The position numbers were made by a program, and so were the translations under genes. Positions 29,733 to 39,142 of a stretch of 64,000 nt of DNA are shown piece after piece. The stretch's first letter is position 1, and every line of letters starts with the position of its first letter. Source of the stretch: Opitutales bacterium (GTDB taxonomy: Bacteria; Verrucomicrobiota; Verrucomicrobiia; Opitutales; Coraliomargaritaceae). The notes under the pieces were generated by a model. The model saw only the letters and a program-made list of their open reading frames with translations, did no database searches and was not told the DNA's origin. The stretch spans positions 64,001-128,000 of the forward strand of contig JBMYNR010000001.1 of assembly GCA_049598495.1 (NCBI GenBank), written 5' to 3'.

Positions 29733-31280
29733 ATGAATCCATCGTCTAGATCCGTCGCTCTTGTCGGCCGCCCGAATGTAGGGAAAAGTCGCTTGTTTAA
29801 TCGGCTTTGCGGAAAGCGCATGTCCATTGTTCACGACATGCCCGGGGTGACGCGTGACCTGATCTCGACCGAGGTTCGGGATGACTATGTTCTGCTGGAC
29901 ACGGGTGGCATCGGGATGGAGTTGGAAATGACGCCCAAGAATATTGCCACGGCGGCTGAGGAGCAGGTTGAGTTCGCGATTCAGGCGGCCACGGTCATTC
30001 TCTTTGTCGTCGATGTCCGCGCTGGAATCACTGCGCTGGATGAAATGGTAGGACAGAAACTACGCCGCTACGGGGAACAGGTAGTTCTAGTCACGAACAA
30101 GGTGGATCGCGAGGAGGACGAAGGCGAAGCGGATGAATTTGTCCGTCTTGGTTTGGGCGATCCTGTTCGGGTATCTGCCGAGCATGGCCGGGGCATCCTC
30201 GAGCTCGAGCGTGAGATTGACGAGCGTCTTGGGCCGAAGCCGGAAGGTTGTGAGGCGGATAAGTCCAAGCGTATAAGGATTTCGCTCATTGGGCGCCCAA
30301 ATGTGGGCAAATCCTCGATCGGCAACAAGCTGCTCAACTCGACTCGGTTGATTGTGAGCGATATTGCCGGCACAACGCGCGATTCCGTGGAGCTTGATCT
30401 CGACTATCAGCATAAAGACGGCGAGCTGCTCAAGTTCCGCATGGCGGATACCGCAGGTCTGAGGATGAAGCGTAAGGTGGATAGTCCCGTTGAGTATTTT
30501 TCCACGGTTCGCACGCAGGCAGCGATGGAACGCTCGGATGTCGTCTTTCTTGTCATTGATGCGGTCGATGGGGTCACCAAGCAGGACCAAGCCCTCGCTG
30601 GTGAGATTCTCGATGCCGGTCGTGCGCTCGTCGTGGTGGTGAATAAATGGGACCGTATCATTGAGCAATGGGAGGAGGAACCCATCGAGGGATACAAAAA
30701 TTTAAAGCATTTCCTGAAGACTTATGAAGCGTCCCTTCGTAAAGAGATGTTCTTCCTGCCAAATCCGCCTGTGCTCTTTGTCTCGGCCAAAACGGGTTTT
30801 GAAATCGAATCGATGTTGGAGGCGGCAGCCGCACTTCAGGCCACCCTCGATATGAAACTGCCTACGGGGCGCCTAAACAGCCTCATTCAGAAACTCTTCG
30901 AGGCTCGCGCGCCCAAGTTGGTTGGGATCAAGCGTTTTAAAGTCTTTTATGCTGTGCAAACAGCCTCCCGCCCGTTGCGCATTCGGTTCTTTTGCAATCG
31001 GGTGGAGCGTCTCGAACCTTCCTACCGACGCTATCTTGAAAAGGCGATTATCCATGAGTTCCAGCTCAATGGCTGTCCGGTGCGGTTTGATCTTGTTGGG
31101 AAGGAACGGCGCTACGAAGAAGGCGAAGGCGAAGGGGCGCCTCGCCAGAGTCGTGAGATTCAGGATAAGAATCGCATACGCAAGCAGGGCGACAAAGCCT
31201 TTGAGAAGAAGCACCCCGAGCGCCGAAAGAAGATCGTTCAGAAAAAGGCCTCCCACAATCGAGGCGGCAGGAAGGGCTAG
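29733..31280 (+). CDS. der: Ribosome biogenesis GTPase Der (EngA)
   Basis: Two GRPNVGKS P-loops, two DTxG/NKxD sets, KH-like C-terminus. Confidence 0.97.
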   Translation: MNPSSRSVALVGRPNVGKSRLFNRLCGKRMSIVHDMPGVTRDLISTEVRDDYVLLDTGGIGMELEMTPKNIATAAEEQVEFAIQAATVILFVVDVRAGITALDEMVGQKLRRYGEQVVLVTNKVDREEDEGEADEFVRLGLGDPVRVSAEHGRGILELEREIDERLGPKPEGCEADKSKRIRISLIGRPNVGKSSIGNKLLNSTRLIVSDIAGTTRDSVELDLDYQHKDGELLKFRMADTAGLRMKRKVDSPVEYFSTVRTQAAMERSDVVFLVIDAVDGVTKQDQALAGEILDAGRALVVVVNKWDRIIEQWEEEPIEGYKNLKHFLKTYEASLRKEMFFLPNPPVLFVSAKTGFEIESMLEAAAALQATLDMKLPTGRLNSLIQKLFEARAPKLVGIKRFKVFYAVQTASRPLRIRFFCNRVERLEPSYRRYLEKAIIHEFQLNGCPVRFDLVGKERRYEEGEGEGAPRQSREIQDKNRIRKQGDKAFEKKHPERRKKIVQKKASHNRGGRKG

Positions 31281-31348
31281 TCGCTTTCCGCGGGGCGATG
31301 TCAATCGCGCCGACGTGTAATCCAGATTTTCAAAAGGGTCTGTCTTGT

Positions 31349-31503
31349 TTGAGGGTAGGACGTGCTCGCCGTTCCGAGTTGGCAACAAGACCGTTCCGAC
31401 ATGTCCGCTGTAGCCTGCGGCGGAGGGGGTAGCGTAGGCGGTCGGAATCGGACCACGTGCCGTTCGGCAAATGAAATCGTATGCCCATATCATCTGGATT
31501 GTC
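31349..31503 (+). repeat. ~155-bp dispersed repeat, left copy (inverted relative to 33426-33579)
   Basis: Manual alignment to the reverse complement of 33426-33579 gives about 17 mismatches and 1 gap. Confidence 0.88.
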
Positions 31504-31571
31504 CGACGCTATTAGACGACGAACGGCGGTTGTTCCGGTTCGCGTCACGCCCAGTCGTGCCTGTCCCGCTA

Positions 31572-32117
31572 TCAGTTAGGCTGGTTGAACTTATAAATCC
31601 TCGGTGCGCCGTCGATTGAGGGTAGGATCGGTTCACTCCCAGTTTGGGCTTCGTGTTGTTCAGCAGTTTCAAATGCCTCCAGCATCCTTCTGGCGTCATC
31701 GCAGTGCTCGGTTCGATGCTTTTTGAAACTCAGAAGTCCTTCCACCAGAGGGATTGGGTGATCGAGTTTAGGCAATCGCTTCTCGAGTTGTAGAAGAAAA
31801 CGTTGTGCGCCAGCATAGGTGGCGACACCCGGACCGTAATACCAGCCACGTCCACGTTCAAACTCACCGCGTATATCAGGGTTGCCGTCTGGACGGTGGT
31901 AGGTCGAGAGAACGGCTTCGAGAATTAGGAGATGAGGGCCGGCTATCTTTAGCCGTTGAACGGTGGCCTCGATACAGTCACCAAAGCTCATATTGTGGCT
32001 CTCTCTGTCGTCCGAGTGGGCGAATCCACAGGAACGATTGTTTGCACTGTAACCGAGATCGATTGCAAGGATAGGGAGTTTCGTATTAATCGTCGCGGTG
32101 AATGGCAAGGCCAGCAT
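31572..32117 (-). CDS. Hypothetical protein, possible RNase H-fold (DUF429/RuvC-like) nuclease
   Basis: ILAIDLGYS first strand, LLILEA, terminal HCDDA helix; the fold call is inference. Confidence 0.7.
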   Translation of the reverse strand: MLALPFTATINTKLPILAIDLGYSANNRSCGFAHSDDRESHNMSFGDCIEATVQRLKIAGPHLLILEAVLSTYHRPDGNPDIRGEFERGRGWYYGPGVATYAGAQRFLLQLEKRLPKLDHPIPLVEGLLSFKKHRTEHCDDARRMLEAFETAEQHEAQTGSEPILPSIDGAPRIYKFNQPN

Positions 32118-32280
32118 TCTTGAAGTATGCCGAAAGGGCGCCACCTGTCGATCCGTTCGACCTTTTTGCGAGATTTTTGGTATTGTTCACGCCCGCACCC
32201 GCAAACCTAAGCGGTGAAAATGCTTTGATTATTCAAAATATAAGATTGCAAAATTCAAAATATAGCCAATCTGGGTAGGC

Positions 32281-32970
32281 ATGCATGCTTTCTTTATGTC
32301 CGCTGTCTGTTTATTCATAGCAACCGCTTTGGTTTCTGCCGAAGACACATTTGAGTGTTCGCTTAATACCCTTTGGGAGAGCCAATATGTGGCTGAGGGG
32401 CGGGAAGAGCTCGATGAGGGGGGGGTGTTTTCGACTGAAGTTTCCTTTGCCTATGGCGGTTTTGAATTGGGCGCTTGGGCTGCGGTCGCCGACTCGGTTC
32501 ATTATCAGCAACTGGATCTTAGTCTTGTCTACGGCAATGAGTTTCATGGCGTCTCGTGGTCGGTGGGGTATACGCATCTGGAATTTGAGCCTGGGTCGGA
32601 AGACGATGATGAGTTAGCGACCGAACTGGAAACAGAATTACTTGCTGAGGTGACCATCGGCGCAGCATTGGTATATTCTTTTGAGGCTGATGGTTGCTTT
32701 CTCGAACTGACAGCCTCGCGGAGTTTCGAGCTTTTTGTGGATGGGCTTACGGTGACGCCTTATGGGCTCTATGCCTTCGATTTCGGATATCGCACAGAGG
32801 ACTACAATGGGGCGAATCACGTTCAACTTGGTATCGAGTGCGAATATGCGCTTGCCGATGACCTGTCATTGATTGCCTACGCGGCGCACAGCTTTGCGCG
32901 GGAGGACATCGAGCGCGAAGGACTCGGGGATCTCGGTTGGGTTGGCTTCGGTTTGTCCGCAGTTTTTTAA
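32281..32970 (+). CDS. Putative outer-membrane beta-barrel protein
   Basis: Signal peptide (ALVSA), alternating amphipathic strands, terminal Phe (GLSAVF), very acidic. Confidence 0.8.
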   Translation: MHAFFMSAVCLFIATALVSAEDTFECSLNTLWESQYVAEGREELDEGGVFSTEVSFAYGGFELGAWAAVADSVHYQQLDLSLVYGNEFHGVSWSVGYTHLEFEPGSEDDDELATELETELLAEVTIGAALVYSFEADGCFLELTASRSFELFVDGLTVTPYGLYAFDFGYRTEDYNGANHVQLGIECEYALADDLSLIAYAAHSFAREDIEREGLGDLGWVGFGLSAVF

Positions 32971-33016
32971 TGGTTCGTCGTCATTTTTCTGAGAACGACC
33001 AGAGCGTATGGTGATC

Positions 33017-33110
33017 GCCGACTCGGCATCGACGAGGGTCGAGCCCCCGCGAAAACAATCATTTCGCAGGGCCTTAGCTTGCTAAGGCCGCTTGCTGCTA
33101 AGAAGAAAAG
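33017..33110. repeat. Dispersed repeat carrying the empty MITE target palindrome GGCCTTAGCTTGCTAAGGCC
   Basis: Its reverse complement matches both flanks of the MITE at 14304-14550 joined together. Confidence 0.85.
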
Positions 33111-33229
33111 GTTCATCGTCAAAGTCTGGGGCAAGATGATGCAGTGAAGCGGAGAAGGCTGTAGAGCTTAGGTTCTGCTACCAAGTTGAGAAAGGTAAGT
33201 CTCCATTGAGACTGCTAGGCTTGCTGCCG

Positions 33230-33300
33230 GACGCCCTGAAGGGCGCAGTCCAACGCTGCGAGCGCGTGGGGCTTTGTTGGAGTTCGGCCTTTAGGCCGTC
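33230..33300. repeat. REP-like doublet (GTTGGAG type)
   Basis: GACGCCCTGAAGGGCGCAGTCCAAC ... GTTGGAGTTCGGCCTTTAGGCCGTC. Confidence 0.6.
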
Positions 33301-33425
33301 TGATTCCATATTTAGAAAGCTTTCATTCGCGACACAGGGCACAAGGTAGCGAACTTGCGCCAGCAAGGTCGACGGGCAAGCGCCTCCGTCTGTTCGGAAC
33401 CCCAGACTGGCCGTCACGACTTACA

Positions 33426-33579
33426 GACAATCCGGATGATTTGGGCATACGCTGTCGTTTGCCGAACGGCGCGTGATCCGATTCCGACCGCCTACGCCAG
33501 CCCCTCCGCCGCAGGCTACGGCGGACATGTCGGATCGGTCTTGTCGCCAGCTCGGACCGGCGAGCAGGCCCGACCTCAA
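33426..33579 (-). repeat. ~155-bp dispersed repeat, right copy
   Basis: Inverted homologue of 31349-31503, with nested hairpins. Confidence 0.88.
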
Positions 33580-33759
33580 GAAAGTCCGAGCTCTTCCCCC
33601 CACTTTGACGATGACCCTAATATTCGGTTTCAGTCTTCGTCGGATTGGATCAGCGTCCTATTAGCGGTTATCAGCGGTCAAAAATGCGTCTTGCTCGCTA
33701 AGGCCGCTTGCTGCGAAGAAGAAAATCGACCCTTCCTCAGACTTTGCGGTGGATCCTTT

Positions 33760-36561
33760 TTAGTGCGCCTCCAGCCAGTTGTTGCCCGTGCCCATGTCGA
33801 TTTCGATGGGGCAGGCGAGTTTGAGGGCATCGATCATACCTTTTGTGACGATCACCTTCAGTTGTGATTCCTCATCAGGATGCATATCGAAAATAAGTTC
33901 GTCATGCACTTGTAGTAGCATACGGCTTTGGAGTCCGGCTTCCGTGATGGAATTCTGGATACGAGTCATTGCCAGTTTGATCATATCTGCGGCCGTTCCC
34001 TGAATGGGCATATTAATTGCGTTGCGCTCGGCTGCTGCACGGATGGTGCCGTTGCCTGAATTGATATCCCGAAGGTAGCGCCTTCGGCCGCAAACGGTTT
34101 CGACGTAGCCTTTTTCTTTGGCGCTTTGCTTTTGTGCCTCCATGTAGTCGGGAATGCCAGGGAACTGTGCGAAGTAGCTGTCTATAATTTCCTGCGCTTC
34201 AGTGCGGCTGACGGTGCCGAGGCGTTGTGCGAGCCCGAAAGCAGAGATGCCATAGGGAATGCCAAAGTTGACCATCTTGGCGGTGCTTCGCTGGTCACGG
34301 GTGACCGCTTCCGGGGCGATTTGAAAAATCTTTGCTGCGGTAGCGGTGTGAATGTCTTGTCGCTCCTTGAAGGCGGTCAGGAGGCCTTCGTCGCCGGTCA
34401 GTGCGGCGAGTATGCGCAGTTCGATCTGTGAGTAGTCGGCGGCGAGAAGCTTCCAGCCCTTGCGTGGGACAAATGCCTTTCGTATCTCGCGGCCCTTCGG
34501 ACTGCGGACGGGAATATTTTGAAGATTGGGATCGTTTGAACTGAGTCGCCCCGTGGCGGTTTGCGCCTGACCGTAGTGTGTGTGTACACGTCCGGTCTTG
34601 GCATCCACGGTGTTGGGGAGGGCGTCGATATATGTGCTTTTAAGTTTCGAGAGCTGGCGATATTCGAGCAGGTCGGCCACGATGGGATGCTTCGGGGCAA
34701 GGGTGGAGAGCACTTGCTCGTTGGTAGCATATTGTCCCGTCTTCGTCTTCTTTGGTTTTTCGACCAATTTCAACTCGTCGAAGAGTACCTCACCCAACTG
34801 TTTTGGGGAGTTGAGGTTGAATTCTCGTCCTGCTGCGTCGTAGACGGCGTTCCGAAGATCGATGATATGTCCTTCGATCGAAGCACCGATTTCCTTTAAG
34901 GTTTCCTCGCACATGGCGATGCCCTCGCGTTCCATAGCGACCAGTACGGGCAGGAGCGGAGTTTCGATCTCATAAAAGACCTTGTCTTGGCCGCATTCCT
35001 CAAGCTTCGGCTTGAAAAGTGTCCAGAGCTGGAGAGCCACGTCGGCATCCTCGATCGCGTAGTTGGCAAGGGTGGTCTCGTCGACTCCCGAGTAGTCGAT
35101 TTTTTCGCCCTTTTTGATGTCGGGCATCAGTTCGCTGAAACGAATGGGGGAATATTGAAGGAAATCCTCGGAAAGGGTGTCGAGATTGTGGCGCTGCTCC
35201 GGGTCGATCAGCGAGTGGGCGAGCATCGTGTCGTAGCAGGCGCCCGCTACGGGGCAGCCGTTTTCTGCCATTACCGCCAGGTCGAACTTAAGGTTATGCC
35301 CGATCTTTGCTATACTGGCATCGGCGAAAACAGGTCGTAGGGCCGAGAGTGCAGCTTCGGAGGCCGGCACCCAATAGCCACTGTGCTTTTTGATTGAGAA
35401 GGAGATGCCGATGAGCTCGGCGGCACGCGGATTGAGGGCCGTGGTCTCGGTGTCGAAGGCGAAGCTGCCGGCCTTTGAGAGTTCTTCGACGAGCGTTTCA
35501 ATATCCGAATCCGTTTTTGCAATACGGTAACTGGCCCTAATATCGGCGAGTTTTTTAAAGGAAATCTCAGGTATGAGGTCGAGTTGGTCGGTTGGTGCAG
35601 GGCGGGAGTTCTGCAATCCCGGGGTGTTCCTTTCGTCGTCTTCGCTCATGAGGACAAGGTCTGTGGCGGATTCCTGGACGGAGAAATCGGCTCCGAAGAT
35701 ACGTTTGCCTAGGGTGCGGAACTCGAACTCGGCGAAGATGGGGACGAGTTTCTCCTTGTCGGGTGAATCGAGGACAATGTCGTCCCAGTTGGCCTCGATT
35801 GGAACATCCATCTGGATGGTGGCGAGTATTTTGGAGAGGCGTGCCTGCTCGGAGTTGTTACGAACCTTCTCCTGCTGCTTGCCTTTGAGTTCATCGACAT
35901 GCTCTAAGAGCCCTTCAACTGTGTCGTATTGGGCGAGTAGCTTCTCCGCTGTCTTTGGGCCGATTCCGGGAATTCCTGGGATGTTATCGACCTTGTCACC
36001 ACAGAGACCGAGCATGTCGATCACCTGGTCGACCCGTGCGATACCCCATTTCTCCTTCACTTCGTTGATACCCCAGATCTCGGCGCCATCCCCTTTGTGA
36101 CCGGGGCGATAAATCTTAACCTTCTCGGTGACCAGTTGCCCAAAATCCTTATCCGGAGTGACCATGTAGATTTCATCGAAACCGTCCGCTTCAGCGCGGT
36201 GGGCGAGGGTGCCGATGATATCGTCGGCCTCGTAGCCGTCCAGTTTGAGCACAGGGATCCCGAATGCTTCGGCCATACGGTCGAGATGTGGCATGGCGGC
36301 GGCCAGATCCTCGGGCATCTCTTCTCGATTGGCTTTGTATTCCGGATGAATACGGTGGCGCTCGGTCGGGGCGGAGGTATCAAAAACAACGGCCAGATGG
36401 CTTGGCTTCTGTTTAGTGATCAGGTCGATCAAGGTGGCGGTGAAGCCGAAGATCGCCGAGGTGTTGAATCCCCTGGACGTGTAAATCGGGCTCCGTATGA
36501 GGGCGAAGTGGGCTCGGTAGGCCAGCGCCATACCGTCGAGGAGGTAGAGAGTTTTATTCAA
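33760..36561 (-). CDS. polA: DNA polymerase I
   Basis: 5'-3' exonuclease (YEADD, DNIPG), 3'-5' exonuclease (FDTETT), polymerase motifs ADYSQIELR and QVHDEL. Confidence 0.98.
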   Translation of the reverse strand: MNKTLYLLDGMALAYRAHFALIRSPIYTSRGFNTSAIFGFTATLIDLITKQKPSHLAVVFDTSAPTERHRIHPEYKANREEMPEDLAAAMPHLDRMAEAFGIPVLKLDGYEADDIIGTLAHRAEADGFDEIYMVTPDKDFGQLVTEKVKIYRPGHKGDGAEIWGINEVKEKWGIARVDQVIDMLGLCGDKVDNIPGIPGIGPKTAEKLLAQYDTVEGLLEHVDELKGKQQEKVRNNSEQARLSKILATIQMDVPIEANWDDIVLDSPDKEKLVPIFAEFEFRTLGKRIFGADFSVQESATDLVLMSEDDERNTPGLQNSRPAPTDQLDLIPEISFKKLADIRASYRIAKTDSDIETLVEELSKAGSFAFDTETTALNPRAAELIGISFSIKKHSGYWVPASEAALSALRPVFADASIAKIGHNLKFDLAVMAENGCPVAGACYDTMLAHSLIDPEQRHNLDTLSEDFLQYSPIRFSELMPDIKKGEKIDYSGVDETTLANYAIEDADVALQLWTLFKPKLEECGQDKVFYEIETPLLPVLVAMEREGIAMCEETLKEIGASIEGHIIDLRNAVYDAAGREFNLNSPKQLGEVLFDELKLVEKPKKTKTGQYATNEQVLSTLAPKHPIVADLLEYRQLSKLKSTYIDALPNTVDAKTGRVHTHYGQAQTATGRLSSNDPNLQNIPVRSPKGREIRKAFVPRKGWKLLAADYSQIELRILAALTGDEGLLTAFKERQDIHTATAAKIFQIAPEAVTRDQRSTAKMVNFGIPYGISAFGLAQRLGTVSRTEAQEIIDSYFAQFPGIPDYMEAQKQSAKEKGYVETVCGRRRYLRDINSGNGTIRAAAERNAINMPIQGTAADMIKLAMTRIQNSITEAGLQSRMLLQVHDELIFDMHPDEESQLKVIVTKGMIDALKLACPIEIDMGTGNNWLEAH

Positions 36562-36585
36562 TGGTGCGTGAGGAATTGAAAATGA

Positions 36586-37968
36586 CTAGAGGATCTCGGT
36601 TACGAGTTTCTTGAGATAGTCGCGACCATCTTCCTTGTTGTCAAAGGTGCCGTCGAGCTGAGCTTCGTAGGCGCGATCTAGAATATTTCGAAAATGAGGC
36701 CCCGGTTTGAGGCCGAGTTCGATGAGATGGCGGCCGAGGAAGATTGGCTTCGGCGCATTGTCCTGAATGGCGAGGGCGGTTGCGCGTTCGAGGAGCCAGG
36801 CGCCTTCGGGAAATTCGTCGGGCGGAATCGGGGGGCGGCCATGCTTGTCGGCATGCGCGACACGGGTGAGGCGGTCGAGTCGTTTGACACGGGCGGCGAG
36901 TCGGCGAATGGCGGAGTCGCCTGCGCCTTCGCGATAGAGTGCTAATGGACGCATGTGCTCTTCGACTAGTGGAAGAACCTCCTCAAAGATTTTCTTTTGG
37001 CGTGTGAAGCGTTCGAGAAAGGCTTTTGCCACTGGGACGCCCTTGAGATCGTGGCGAGGACTGCGGATGTGTCCGTCCCTGTCCGTATAGCTGGTATCCG
37101 GCTTACCGAAGTCGTGACAGAGCACCGCGAGGCCGACAACGAGGTCTTCCCATTCCTCGCCGATACGGTGGTCGGCGTAGGCATCGAGGCAATGGAGGGT
37201 ATGTATCCAGACATCGCCTTCCGGGTGCCATTGTGGGTCCTGCTCGCAACCGACAAGGGCATCGAGTTCGGGGAAATGCTTCAGCCAGTCGCAGGCTCGC
37301 AAAAACTCGAGTCCTTTGGAGATCATTTCTCCTTTAAGGATGAGTTTCTTCCATTCTTCCCAAAGACGTTCGGCGGGGAGGTCGGCGGGACTGAGAGATT
37401 GGCAAAGGGCAACCGTCTCTAGTTCTGCGCTGAGCCCGAATCGAGCAATGAACTGCATGCCACGAAGGACGCGAAGTGGGTCTTCGCTGAAAGCTGTTGA
37501 GACATGCCGAAGCTTCCGTTTATCGAGATCTTTGGCACCGTTGAATGGATCAATGACTTCGCCGGTGAGAGGGTCGCAACTAATCGCGTTGATGGTGAAG
37601 TCGCGACGCGAGGCGGCTTCCTTTGGGGACATGTTCGGGTCGCCCACGACTTGGAAGTCAGTGTGTCTCGGGCCGGTCTTCGACTCGCGACGAGGCAGAG
37701 CAATATCCATGTTGAGCCCCTTGAGGATAAATACGCCAAAGCTTCGCCCCACAGTGTCCAAGCGGAAGTGCTCGGTTAAAACGCGTTCGATCACATCAGC
37801 TTCAAGGCCATAAACCTCCATATCGATGTCTTTTGCGGGAATCTGCAAAAGCGCATCACGAACACAGCCGCCGACCAAAAGTGCGCGTCCGCCCTCATGA
37901 GCTATGATTTCCGCGACACGGACACAACTCTGCCTCTGCCGGAGGGAAATGTTCTCTAGAATCTTCAT
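36586..37968 (-). CDS. CCA-adding enzyme / poly(A) polymerase family nucleotidyltransferase with HD domain
   Basis: [45 protein letters not shown]. Confidence 0.93.
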   Translation of the reverse strand: MKILENISLRQRQSCVRVAEIIAHEGGRALLVGGCVRDALLQIPAKDIDMEVYGLEADVIERVLTEHFRLDTVGRSFGVFILKGLNMDIALPRRESKTGPRHTDFQVVGDPNMSPKEAASRRDFTINAISCDPLTGEVIDPFNGAKDLDKRKLRHVSTAFSEDPLRVLRGMQFIARFGLSAELETVALCQSLSPADLPAERLWEEWKKLILKGEMISKGLEFLRACDWLKHFPELDALVGCEQDPQWHPEGDVWIHTLHCLDAYADHRIGEEWEDLVVGLAVLCHDFGKPDTSYTDRDGHIRSPRHDLKGVPVAKAFLERFTRQKKIFEEVLPLVEEHMRPLALYREGAGDSAIRRLAARVKRLDRLTRVAHADKHGRPPIPPDEFPEGAWLLERATALAIQDNAPKPIFLGRHLIELGLKPGPHFRNILDRAYEAQLDGTFDNKEDGRDYLKKLVTEIL

Positions 37969-38015
37969 AAAGAGGAGTGAGTTGTGAGTAGTGGGGAGTA
38001 AGTTGTGATAATTAT

Positions 38016-38258
38016 CTAAGTTTCGACTTCTGCGCTGGAGCCTCTGGCGATGGATAAAAAGTTCCTGAATTTAGTGGAGCCGGTTCTGGCCTGGCCCTCA
38101 GTCATGTTAGACGGGATGGATACCGCTGCTCTTTGGATTTGATTGGTGTGTCCATCGCTCTCTTCTTTCGGAAAGCTCTGCATGCGTGTATACACGAGAT
38201 CCACAAAGGTCATTGATTTCCGCCAGACAATCAAATCACGGTAACTCTGAACACTCAT
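38016..38258 (-). pseudogene. Truncated four-helix-bundle protein (S23 IVP/TIGR02436-like)
   Basis: SYRDLIVWRKSM...FPKEE...QIQRAAVSIPSNMTEG...[14 protein letters not shown], then TAG where the family continues; about 80 aa. Confidence 0.85.
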
Positions 38259-38301
38259 CTCGGATATCTCACGACGCCCCACTCTTCACGCCTACTATAG
38301 G

Positions 38302-39135
38302 CTAGCGAATGGCAGGATCGCCCCAATTGAGTTTGTCGCGAACGATGGCGAAGTGGGAGTGGTCCGGATTCTGCATGAGGCGGAATTTCTTTTCCGCTAC
38401 GGTAATCTTGATTGGGAAATTCCCGTTGGGTTCGAAGCGGACGCGGCCGTCGACCGTAATACGTGGGCCGGATTCGCTTTCGCCGCTAGCCACGGTGATC
38501 TCGGTCGAGTTGTCGAAAATGACGGACCGGTTGCCGAGTGTGTGCGGGCAAATCGGAGTCATCGCAATGGCGCTGACCTTTGGACCGATGATGGGGCCTC
38601 CCGCCGAAAGATTGTATGCGGTCGAGCCGGTCGGTGTGGCGAAGATGAGTCCGTCGCAATGGTATTCCGAAACGGCATTGCCGTTGCACGAAACTTGAAG
38701 GCGGATGAGGCCGCGGCCTTCGGTTTCCTTAAGGACGACGTCGTTGAGCCCGTAGACGGATTGACCACTCTGTGTGGCGCAGGTTAGTACGGAGCGCTCG
38801 GCGATGCTGTATTCTCCGCGGATGAGGGCGGGAAGCTTGTCGCCTGCTTCCTCTTGGGTGAAGGTGGCCAGAAAGCCCAGTTTGCCAAGGTTCACACCGA
38901 GAACAGCCGCGCCGGATTCGAGGGCGGCATCAAGGACGCCGAGAAGCGTGCCGTCCCCACCGATCGCACAGCAAAGATCCTGACCTTCCAGTGCGTCCGG
39001 TGGCAGTGGGTATTTGGTGGTAATTCGCGTGCGCACGCCCTCGCACTCGGCAATGCCTGCGAGAAAACGGGCCGCGTCTTCGGTTCCGGGCTTGGTCGTG
39101 TTGACCGCGAAGGTGATGGTTTCGATTGCTTGCAT
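38302..39135 (-). CDS. nadK: NAD kinase
   Basis: [38 protein letters not shown]. Confidence 0.96.
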   Translation of the reverse strand: MQAIETITFAVNTTKPGTEDAARFLAGIAECEGVRTRITTKYPLPPDALEGQDLCCAIGGDGTLLGVLDAALESGAAVLGVNLGKLGFLATFTQEEAGDKLPALIRGEYSIAERSVLTCATQSGQSVYGLNDVVLKETEGRGLIRLQVSCNGNAVSEYHCDGLIFATPTGSTAYNLSAGGPIIGPKVSAIAMTPICPHTLGNRSVIFDNSTEITVASGESESGPRITVDGRVRFEPNGNFPIKITVAEKKFRLMQNPDHSHFAIVRDKLNWGDPAIR

Positions 39136-39142
39136 AGCTCTC

